Origin: Verrucomicrobiota bacterium
Lineage (GTDB): Bacteria > Verrucomicrobiota > Verrucomicrobiia > Limisphaerales > Palsa-1400
Reading direction: 5' to 3'
Assembly (NCBI GenBank): GCA_049510745.1
Contig: JBEKYR010000003.1
Coordinates: 64,001 to 128,000, forward strand
Length of the DNA stretch: 64,000 nucleotides
The notes below the pieces were generated by a model that did no database searches, was not told the DNA's origin, and was given only the letters and a program-made list of their open reading frames with translations. This document shows, one piece after another, positions 1 through 8,371 of the stretch (position 1 is its first letter; every line of letters starts with the position of its first letter). A program made the translations under genes and the position numbers.

Positions 1-630
1 CTCGAGCGTATTCCCAAAGTGGATGGCTTCTTCAGTTTGCACCTGGTCTGGCAGCAAAAGGTGGCCGGCTTGTTGCGCGCCGGAAAAGCGCCGCCGCAAC
101 TGGCTGAATTTCTCGGCGTTTCCCAAATCGCCTCGCCGGCGCGCCTTTTCACGTGGGAGGCGCAAACCAACTTCATGCCCCTGGCCACCATGGGCCAGCA
201 ACCGGTCTTCGTCGAGGACAGCGCGGCTTTGGCGGCGGTGGGATCGGCCGGGTTTTCGCCGCGTCAAACGGTGTATTTGCCCGCCGCCGCGCGCGGCCAG
301 GTGCGGGCGGGGGCCGGGGCGGGCGCGCGCGTCCTCTCCAGCCGGGTGACTCCGTCGGAGTGCGTATTTAAAACCGTGGCGGACGCGGGGGCCATGCTGG
401 TGGTGGCGCAATCGTATTATCGTTGTTGGAAAGCGACGGTGGACGGGGAGCCGGCGACGCTCTGGCGGGCCAACTACGCGTTTCAGGCGGTGGAAGTTCC
501 CGCGGGCCGGCACGAAGTGCGGCTGGTCTATGCGGATCGCGCCTTTTGGTTTGGCGCGGGCATTTCGACAGCCGCCCTGGTCCTTTGCCTCGCCGGAGCG
601 CTCAGGAGAAGGATGAAGTTTGAAGGATGA
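1..630 (+). CDS. YfhO-family membrane protein, C-terminal part (5' end outside window)
   Basis: Frame open from base 1; C-terminal motif LVVAQSYYRCWKATVDG...RANYAFQAVEVPAGRHEVRLVY followed by a TM helix is typical of YfhO-like proteins. Confidence 0.75.
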   Translation, partial: LERIPKVDGFFSLHLVWQQKVAGLLRAGKAPPQLAEFLGVSQIASPARLFTWEAQTNFMPLATMGQQPVFVEDSAALAAVGSAGFSPRQTVYLPAAARGQVRAGAGAGARVLSSRVTPSECVFKTVADAGAMLVVAQSYYRCWKATVDGEPATLWRANYAFQAVEVPAGRHEVRLVYADRAFWFGAGISTAALVLCLAGALRRRMKFEG

Positions 631-815
631 AGGATGAAGTCCTGATTGCGGGCGCCGCAGTGACCCTGACCGGCCTTGACTGAGAGAGCGAATAGATGAA
701 TTAGTGAATGAGTGAATCAGTGAATGGACTGCATGGACTGCACGGACTGGGCCGCCGCCGTTGCCTTGATTTGACCAGCCTTGACGAGCCTTGACTGACC
801 TTGACTGACCTTGAT
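605..815. repeat. Cluster of short tandem repeats with 7-, 8-, 9- and 10-bp periods
   Basis: (aggatga)n ~610-638; (agtgaats)n ~690-725; (tggactgca)x3 ~725-750; (ccttgacnrr)n ~764-815, read directly. Confidence 0.85.
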
Positions 816-887
816 CCGCCTTCGCTCGCTCGGCGCGAGCTATGGCGGGCGGGCCGGGGTGGCCCCCTCTGACGGTGGTGGCAGTTT

Positions 888-1396
888 TGAGGTTTTTCGT
901 CACTGATCGCAGTCGCCAAATCCGGGCATTTTGTGGATTTTCATTTTTTGGCCCGATTTAGCCGGATTTACCCGGATTTGTCCGGATTTTTCCGGATTTG
1001 TCCGGGTCTTTGAGTTCGTTTTCCGGGTTGAATCCGGCATTTTTTGCCGCTTTTGGGGGTAGTATCTGGTGCTGGCGGCGCATGGCGTTTGCGTTTGAAG
1101 CGGTCCAGGAGTGAGTTTTTGCGTCAAGTTTGGCACCTGGAAATGACGGCCAATGTTGCATACGAGGGCGAGCGTCCAAGGGTTGACTGGCTTGATTAGT
1201 GAGGCAATGGGACCAAGGCGACGAATGCGACGAATGCGACGAATGGCTGATGCGATGGAAAAGGTCTGCGATCCACGGGCCGGTGTTGACCGGGCCGCAC
1301 TGCGCACTTTGCCTGTTGCATGTATCATTCATGCTGGCTCGATTTAAGCACAGGTCTATCAAGAGGAAAAACCTACGGAAGGAAAAAAAAGCGAAT
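888..1396. repeat. Dispersed ~0.5-kb element, copy 1, with 10-bp (ccggatttnn) array
   Basis: Aligns by eye end to end, same orientation, with 48827-49302 (tgaggtttttcgtc ... ggaaggaaaaaaaagcgaat). Confidence 0.9.
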
Positions 1397-1548
1397 CAAC
1401 ATCTGAGGAGCCCTTTATGCTCAAGACCAGGCGGGGCTGAAAAGGCTCCCCGGCGCGCGTTCGTTTCTTGACAATTCAGTCCCATTCTGAGAGAAATTGC
1501 CCGGAACAGCACTAAAGAACAAACCATCACAACCTGAGGAGGCGACGA

Positions 1549-4500
1549 ATGAAACGGGTCCCCAAACAACTGGCGCCCCCGGCGCTTTGCGGGGTGGTGT
1601 TCGCGTGGCTGGCCGCTGCGGCGGCCCACGCGCAAACCGACCCGGCCATCACCCAGCAACCCGCCGACCAGGCGGTTGTGGTCGGAAGCCAGGTGACACT
1701 GACTGTGGGGGTGTCCGGCACGGGCCCCTTTACCTACCAATGGCGACTTAACGGCACGAACCTACCGAAAGTCATCACTACTGTGGCGGGCAATGCGAAT
1801 ACCGGTTACTCCGGGGATGGCGGGGCGGCAACCAACGCCAAGCTGAATTCCCCAGCCGGTGTCGCTATCGACGCCTTCGGCAACTTGTTTATTGCGGATT
1901 CGCGAAACAATCGCATTCGCAAAGTGGGAACCAATGGCATCATCACCACCGTGGCTGGGAAAACGGCGCCGGGTTCCTCGGGTGATGGCGGCGCTGCCAC
2001 CAATGCCACCTTGAGCGATCCTTCCGGCGTGGCGGCGGACGCCTTCGGCAACGTGTTCATTGCGGATGCAAATAACAACCGCCTCCGCGAAGTCGGAACC
2101 AATGGCATCATCGCTACCGTGGCTGGGAAGACGTCGGGTTTCTCCGGCGACGGCGGCGCGGCAACCAATGCCCAGTTGAATGATCCTTCCGGCGTGGCAG
2201 TGGATGCCGCCGGCGACCTGTTCATCGCGGACAGTGTTAATAGCCGCATCCGCGAAGTCGGAACGAACGGCATCATCAATACCGTGGCGGGGAATGGCAC
2301 GAACGGTTTCTCCGGCGATGGCGGGGCGGCAACCAATGCCAAGCTGAATTCCCCTGCCGGTGTCGCTATCGACGCCTTCGGCAACCTGTTCATTGCGGAT
2401 ACGGGAAACAATCGCATCCGCGAAGTTGGAACCAGCGGCATTATCACCACCGTGGCAGGGAAAGCGACGGCGAGTTACTTCGGCGATGGCGGGTTGGCAA
2501 CCAACGCCAGCTTGAACCGTCCCCAAGGCGTCAGCGTGGACGCCTTCGGCAACGTGTTTATTGCGGATACCCAAAACAATCGGATTCGAGAAGTGGCAAC
2601 CAACGGCATCATCACCACCGTAGTCGGGAATGGCAGCAGTGGTTACTCGGGCGACGGAGGCAATCCGACCAACACCAGCATTTACGCTCCTCAGGGTCTC
2701 AGCGTGGACGCCTTCGGCAACCTGTTCATTGCGGATACCTATAACAACCGCATCCGCAAAGCTTTCATCCAAGGGCCAACGCTCCAGCTCAATAACATGA
2801 GTTCGAACACCGCGGGCGGTTACGACGTGATCGTGACCGGCGCCAACGGCAGCGTGACCAGCAGCGTGGCGACGGTGACGGTGCTCTTGCCGCCAAGCAT
2901 CACGGCGCAACCGCAAGCCGTTGCGGCAGTGGGCGGGAGCGACGTTAGTTTGACAGTGGCGGTGGCGGGCACGGCCCCGTTCGGCTACCAATGGCAGTTC
3001 GACGGGACCAATCTTGTGGATAACGGCCAGATAACGGGTTCGCAGACGAACGCGCTCTCGCTCAGTTCGATCGACCTTACCGATCAAGGCTCCTACGAGG
3101 TCATCGTGACCAACGCTTACGGCAGCGTCACCAGCAGCGTCGCGACGCTGACCTTGCTCCTGCCGCCGAGCATCACCACGCAGCCGCAAGGCGGCACCGC
3201 GACGAACGGCAGCAACGTGGCGTTGACGGTGGCTGTTTCCGGCACCGCCCCGTTCACTTACCAATGGCGGCAGAACGGCGCCAATCTTCCGACGGTCATT
3301 ACGACAGTGGCGGGCAACGGCGCCAGCGGTTACGCCGGTGACAACGGGCCGGCGACCAATGCCAGCCTCACTTATGCGACCTCGGTGGCTGTGGATGCCT
3401 CCGGCAATTTGTTTATCGGGGATGCGGGCAACTGCCACATCCGCAAAGTGAGAACCAACGGTATTATCTCCACGGTGGCGGGAAACGGGAGCGATTTTTA
3501 CTCTGGGGACGGCGGCGCTGCTACCGGCGCCGGCCTCGACCCCTATTGCGTGGTGGTGGACGCCTCCGGCAACCTCTTCGTCGCGGACATGTTTAATAAC
3601 CGTGTTCGCAAAATCGGGACCAATGGCACTATCTCCACGGTGGCGGGTGCTGGCACCCAAGGATTCTCCGGCGACGGCGGCGCGGCGACCAGCGCCAAGC
3701 TGCGCTTTCCCTGGTGTGCGGCTCTGGACGCTTCGGGCAATTTGTTCATCGCCGATAGCGGCAACAACCGCATCCGCAAGGTCACCAACGGCATCATCAA
3801 TACCGTGGCGGGCAATGGCACCAATGGCTGCTCCGGCGATGGCGGGTTGGCAACCAATGCCGCACTGGGCAATCCGGAAGGCGTGACAGTGGATGCCCTG
3901 GGCAACCTCTTCATTGCCGATTTTAACAACAATCGCATCCGCAAAGTGGGGACCAACGGCATCATTACCACGGTCGCGGGCGGCGGCATCGACTACCCGG
4001 GCGATGGTGGCGCAGCCACCAATGCCAGCTTGTGCAATCCCTCGGGTGTGGCGGTGGACGCCTTCGGCAACCTCTTCATTGCGGACGGTGGCGACAACCG
4101 CATCCGAGAAGTGACCACCAACGGCGTCATTACCACCGTGGCGGGCGGCGGAATCCACATCCCCGGCGACGGCGGCGCAGCCACCGGCGCCGCATTATAC
4201 GCACCCTCTGGCGTGAGCGTCGATGCCGCCGGCGACTTGTTTATCGCCGATACCGGCAACAACCGCATCCGCGAAGTCCCCATCCCGGGACCGACCCTGG
4301 CGCTCCACGGGGTGACGGCTGGGAACGACGGCAGCTACGACGTGATCGTGAGCAATGCCTACGGCTGCGTGACCAGTGACGTCGCGGTCCTGACCGTGCA
4401 GGGGCCGCCGCCGTCGATTAGTGTTCAACCGCAAGACGGCCTGGCGGTGGTGGGGGGAACCTTCACCTTGACAGTGGCGGTATCCGGCCCCGGCCCGTTC

Positions 4501-5901
4501 ACCTGCCAATGGCAGGGCAACGGCGTCAATCTTCCCAGCCTCATTACGACCGTGGCGGGCGGCGGCACCAACAACTTCGGCGATGGTGGGGCGGCGACCA
4601 ATGCCTCACTACTCCAACCGTTTGGCGCGGCGGTGGATGCCTTTGGAAATCTGTTTATTGCGGATCGAAACCGAAACAACATCCGCAAAGTGGGAACCAA
4701 CGGCATCATCAACACTGTGGCCGGCAGCGCCGTCGGTGTCGTCGGTTACCTCGGAGATGGCTCCCCAGCCATTGCGGCTTTGCTGGCACTGCCTTGTGGG
4801 GTGGCCGTGGATCCCTATGGCAATCTGTTCATTGCGGATACGTTTTTCAGCCATATCCGCAAGGTGTCTAACGTCAGCCCCTACGACATCTCGACCGTGG
4901 CGGGCGTGGCGGGCAAAATCACCAATGGCTATTCCGGCGACGGCGTTGCGGCCACGAACACCCCCCTCAACGGACCTTATGATGTCGTGCTGGACGCCTC
5001 CGGCAGCCTGCTCATTGCCGACACATTCAACCACCGAATTCGCAGAGTGCCAAACAACGGCCTCATCTTCACCGTCGCCGGCATCGGGACCAACAGCTAC
5101 TCCGGCGACGGCGGCCCCGCCACCAATGCCGCGATCAACACGCCGTGCGGAGTGGCAGCGGACGCGTTGGGAAATTTCTTCATTGCGGATACGAGCAACA
5201 ACTGCGTCCGCGTCGTGGACACCAACGGCATCATTACGACCGTGGCCGGGACGGGGACGCCGGGTTTCTCCGGCGATGGCGGCGCCGCCACCAATGCCAG
5301 CCTGGCGCTTCCTCAGGGCGTGGCGGTGGATGCCTTTGGAAATTTGTTCATTGCGGACACCGGCAACAACTGCATCCGCGTCGTGGACGGCAACGGAATC
5401 ATTACGACCGTGGCGGGGAATGGCACGAACGGTTTCTCCGGCGATGGCGGCGCCGCCACGAATGCCAGCCTGGACCTTCCTTCCCGCGTGGCCGTGGACG
5501 CCTATGGCAACCTGTTCATTGCGGACCTTGCCAACCGGCGCATCCGCAAAGTGAGTATCCAAACGCCCATCTTGCAGCTCAGTCAAATTGCCGCCGGCAG
5601 TGCGGGCGTTTATGACCTAGTGGTGTCCAACGCCTACGGGGCCGTCACCAGCGCGGTGGTCACGCTGACGGTGGCGCTTCCGCCGTTCAGCGCCGGCCTC
5701 AGCGCCGGGCAAGGGGTGCAATTCCAATTCAGCGGCACAGCGAATTCCAGCTACGTCTTGCAGGCGGCGACCGACCTCACGCCGCCGGTCAATTGGCAGC
5801 CGCTGGTCACCAACGCCGCCGACACCAACGGCAATTGGACCTTCACCGACACGAACACCGCGGCCAACACGGCGCGCTTTTACCGCCTGGCGTCGCCCTG
5901 A
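1549..5901 (+). CDS. Secreted surface protein with 4 Ig-like domains and 18 NHL repeats (three 6-bladed propellers)
   Basis: Signal peptide ending AHA-Q; Ig motifs ITxQP...YQW...YDVIVxN; 3x6 repeats of PxGVAVDxxGNLFIADxxNNRIRKV; C-terminal ...RFYRL domain. Confidence 0.9.
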   Translation: MKRVPKQLAPPALCGVVFAWLAAAAAHAQTDPAITQQPADQAVVVGSQVTLTVGVSGTGPFTYQWRLNGTNLPKVITTVAGNANTGYSGDGGAATNAKLNSPAGVAIDAFGNLFIADSRNNRIRKVGTNGIITTVAGKTAPGSSGDGGAATNATLSDPSGVAADAFGNVFIADANNNRLREVGTNGIIATVAGKTSGFSGDGGAATNAQLNDPSGVAVDAAGDLFIADSVNSRIREVGTNGIINTVAGNGTNGFSGDGGAATNAKLNSPAGVAIDAFGNLFIADTGNNRIREVGTSGIITTVAGKATASYFGDGGLATNASLNRPQGVSVDAFGNVFIADTQNNRIREVATNGIITTVVGNGSSGYSGDGGNPTNTSIYAPQGLSVDAFGNLFIADTYNNRIRKAFIQGPTLQLNNMSSNTAGGYDVIVTGANGSVTSSVATVTVLLPPSITAQPQAVAAVGGSDVSLTVAVAGTAPFGYQWQFDGTNLVDNGQITGSQTNALSLSSIDLTDQGSYEVIVTNAYGSVTSSVATLTLLLPPSITTQPQGGTATNGSNVALTVAVSGTAPFTYQWRQNGANLPTVITTVAGNGASGYAGDNGPATNASLTYATSVAVDASGNLFIGDAGNCHIRKVRTNGIISTVAGNGSDFYSGDGGAATGAGLDPYCVVVDASGNLFVADMFNNRVRKIGTNGTISTVAGAGTQGFSGDGGAATSAKLRFPWCAALDASGNLFIADSGNNRIRKVTNGIINTVAGNGTNGCSGDGGLATNAALGNPEGVTVDALGNLFIADFNNNRIRKVGTNGIITTVAGGGIDYPGDGGAATNASLCNPSGVAVDAFGNLFIADGGDNRIREVTTNGVITTVAGGGIHIPGDGGAATGAALYAPSGVSVDAAGDLFIADTGNNRIREVPIPGPTLALHGVTAGNDGSYDVIVSNAYGCVTSDVAVLTVQGPPPSISVQPQDGLAVVGGTFTLTVAVSGPGPFTCQWQGNGVNLPSLITTVAGGGTNNFGDGGAATNASLLQPFGAAVDAFGNLFIADRNRNNIRKVGTNGIINTVAGSAVGVVGYLGDGSPAIAALLALPCGVAVDPYGNLFIADTFFSHIRKVSNVSPYDISTVAGVAGKITNGYSGDGVAATNTPLNGPYDVVLDASGSLLIADTFNHRIRRVPNNGLIFTVAGIGTNSYSGDGGPATNAAINTPCGVAADALGNFFIADTSNNCVRVVDTNGIITTVAGTGTPGFSGDGGAATNASLALPQGVAVDAFGNLFIADTGNNCIRVVDGNGIITTVAGNGTNGFSGDGGAATNASLDLPSRVAVDAYGNLFIADLANRRIRKVSIQTPILQLSQIAAGSAGVYDLVVSNAYGAVTSAVVTLTVALPPFSAGLSAGQGVQFQFSGTANSSYVLQAATDLTPPVNWQPLVTNAADTNGNWTFTDTNTAANTARFYRLASP

Positions 5902-5991
5902 AATCCCTCCCCTGGCCCCAATTTCGGGATCCCGCGCCGCCCGCTCATTTTTTGTGCGATTTGCGGGCCGGCGGGCATTATCTTACGAAAC

Positions 5992-7842
5992 ATGATGAGC
6001 GAGGACGCCGAATTATTGCGCCGCTACGCCACGGAACGTTCGGAGAGCGCCTTTGCCGAATTGATCCGCCGGCACGTCGATTTGGTTTATTCCGCCGCGC
6101 TGCGGCTGGTCAACGGCGACACGCATTGCGCGCAGGACTTGAGCCAGCAGGTCTTTACTGAACTGGCCCGGCGGGCCAAACCTCTGGCCCGGCATCCCGC
6201 CCTGGTCGGCTGGCTTTACACCACGACCCGGCAGATGGCCTGGCACGCGATCCGCTCGGAACAACGCCGCGCCGCCCGCGAACAAATGGCCCACACCATG
6301 AGCGAACTCCTCCGCCCACCCGCCGCCGAACCGGATTGGGAACATCTCCGCCCCGTGCTCGAAGACGCGATGCACGATCTCAATGACGCCGACCGCGTCG
6401 CCGTTCTGCTCCGCTTTTTCAAAAACAAAAGCCTCCGCCAAGTGGGGCTGGAATTGGGCTTGACCGAAAACGCCGCCCGCATGCGCGTCGAGCGCGCGCT
6501 CGAAAAACTGCGCCTTTGCCTGGCTCGCAAGGGCGTCACTTCGACCGGCGCGGCCTTGGCGCTGGCGTTGTCCGGCAACGCGGTCAGCTCCGCCCCGGCC
6601 GGGTTGGCGGCGGCGTTGGCGGGCGCGTCGCTGGCCGGCGCGGCGTCCGAAGCTGGAACCACCCTCGGCCTGTTGAAATTTATGGTTGCGACCAAACTCA
6701 AAATCGGACTGTCCGCCCTGGCCATCGCGGGGGCGGCGGTGACGCTGGTGCTCGAACATCAAGCGTGGCTCAACGCGCGCGAGGAAAACGATTCCCTGCG
6801 CCGCCAAATCGCGCAATTGAAGGCGGACAACGACGCCCTGTCCACCCGCATGGCGCGGGCGAGCCGGGCGCGCTCTCCCCACTTGCCCGCGCCGTCCCTG
6901 AGCGCCAACGCATCCGGCGGGGCGTTGCCGGGCGCGGATTCGCCCTCCACCAATCTGTACGCCCGCCTCGTCGAGAACCCGCCCAAAATCACCGCCGCGC
7001 AGCTCGAGGGTTATCTCAAAACAAATCACCGCAACGCCGCCAGTCTTCTGGCCGCCTATCGCGTCACGCACGACCCCGCGTTGCTGGCGGAGGCGATGCA
7101 AAAGTATCCCAACGATCCGCAGGTGGATTTCGAAGCGGCGTTCAAGAGCGACGCCACGCCCGAGGAGCGGCGCCAGTGGTTGAGCGCCTTCGAGAAGTCC
7201 GCGCCGGACAATTCCCTGGCCAATTACCTCTCGGCCCTGGATTATTTCAAATCCGGCCAGTCGGACCTGGCCGTCCAGGAGATGGTCGCCGCCTCGGGCA
7301 AGGCAGGATTTCAGGAGTACTCGACGGACCGCGTGATGGACGACAAAGAAGCCTACCTTGCCGCCGGTTACTCGGTGGGGGAGGCGACAGTGCTGTCCTG
7401 CTCCCAATTGGAGCTGCCGCAGCTTAAGCAAGTGAGACAATTAGGATTGGACCTCATTGATCTGTCCAAATCCTACCAGCAAGCCAGCGACAGCGCCTCC
7501 GCGCAGACCACGCTGCAAATGGCCGTCGCCCTGGGCCAGCGTTACACGACGACGGCGCCAGGCGAGGCGGAGATCAGTCAACTTGTTGGCATGGCGGTCG
7601 AGCGGTTCGCGCTCGGCGCGATGGACCCCACCGCCCCTTACGGTGACAGCGGGCAAACCGTCCAGGATCAGCTCAATCAATTGATCCAGGAACGCGCCAC
7701 GCTCAAAGAACTCAATCAACAGGCCGATCCGCTGATGCAATCCTTGTCGGACCAGGATTGGATCAGCTACAAAGACCGCTGGATGGCCTTCGGGGAGGTG
7801 GCCGCGTTGCGGTGGCTGATTGGCAAGTACGGGCAGCAATGA
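5992..7842 (+). CDS. ECF sigma-70 factor with long C-terminal extension (TM helix, coiled coil, extracytoplasmic helical domain)
   Basis: Region 2 (AFAELIRRHVDLVYSAALR, AQDLSQQVF, GWLY) and region 4 (DRVAVLLRFF...ENAARMRVERALEKLR); hydrophobic IGLSALAIAGAAVTLVL segment. Confidence 0.9.
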   Translation: MMSEDAELLRRYATERSESAFAELIRRHVDLVYSAALRLVNGDTHCAQDLSQQVFTELARRAKPLARHPALVGWLYTTTRQMAWHAIRSEQRRAAREQMAHTMSELLRPPAAEPDWEHLRPVLEDAMHDLNDADRVAVLLRFFKNKSLRQVGLELGLTENAARMRVERALEKLRLCLARKGVTSTGAALALALSGNAVSSAPAGLAAALAGASLAGAASEAGTTLGLLKFMVATKLKIGLSALAIAGAAVTLVLEHQAWLNAREENDSLRRQIAQLKADNDALSTRMARASRARSPHLPAPSLSANASGGALPGADSPSTNLYARLVENPPKITAAQLEGYLKTNHRNAASLLAAYRVTHDPALLAEAMQKYPNDPQVDFEAAFKSDATPEERRQWLSAFEKSAPDNSLANYLSALDYFKSGQSDLAVQEMVAASGKAGFQEYSTDRVMDDKEAYLAAGYSVGEATVLSCSQLELPQLKQVRQLGLDLIDLSKSYQQASDSASAQTTLQMAVALGQRYTTTAPGEAEISQLVGMAVERFALGAMDPTAPYGDSGQTVQDQLNQLIQERATLKELNQQADPLMQSLSDQDWISYKDRWMAFGEVAALRWLIGKYGQQ

Positions 7843-7913
7843 GGGGCGCCTCCCGGTTTTTGGCAACCCTGTGGACAATGAGAGATCATGGCTGGCCGCA
7901 GGCATGCGCAAAA

Positions 7914-8003
7914 GAATGACGAATGACGAAGCACCAATGACGAAACTCATGCGGGCCGACTTTTCGTCATTGAGTCATTTGAGCATTCGTCATTTTCCCC
8001 GGT
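7914..8003. repeat. Heptamer-based (aatgacg/cgtcatt) imperfect inverted repeat, REP-like
   Basis: aatgacgaatgacgaagcaccaatgacgaaa pairs with tttcgtcattgagtcatttgagcattcgtcattt; the 20-mer cattcgtcattttccccggt recurs at 47172-47191. Confidence 0.7.
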
Positions 8004-8121
8004 CAATTGAGGCTGGCGCTCTCGCGCATTGACGAGTGCCCAAATAGTGAGATGCGCACCACCGTATTAGGTCGCGCGGGATGGCCTTGACGGAGACTGT
8101 CGGTTGCGCCAAACTCAAAGC

Positions 8122-8343
8122 GTGAGTGTGCAAGAAATAAAGAAGAAGGTCAGCGGCGGCGGGTTCCGGCCCTTTGCGATTCGCACGACGGACGGCCAGG
8201 AGTTCGAGGTCCCGCATCCCGAATTTATCCTCATCGGGAAGTACAGCATTGCGATCCGTGACAAGCAGGGTTTCATCAACAACATTGATCCACTCCACAT
8301 CGTTTCAGCCAGGGAACTCATTCGTCGCAACAGCGCCTCTTGA
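8122..8343 (+). CDS. Small conserved hypothetical protein
   Basis: GTG start at 8122; FRPFAIRTTDGQEFEVPHPEFI resembles a small protein family common in PVC bacteria. Confidence 0.65.
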   Translation: MSVQEIKKKVSGGGFRPFAIRTTDGQEFEVPHPEFILIGKYSIAIRDKQGFINNIDPLHIVSARELIRRNSAS

Positions 8344-8371
8344 TAATCCGGCGCTGTTCTTCAATCTGTTC

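Noticed and set aside
940..1010. Possible CRISPR array in the ccggattt repeats
   Set aside because: Units are 10 bp and contiguous, with no unique spacers and no cas genes
1762..5586. Long antisense and alternate-frame ORFs over the NHL gene
   Set aside because: Expected in high-GC repetitive coding DNA; no recognisable motifs
8052..8090. MRTTVL... mini-ORF resembling the start of a VapB-type antitoxin
   Set aside because: Only 12 codons; too short to support
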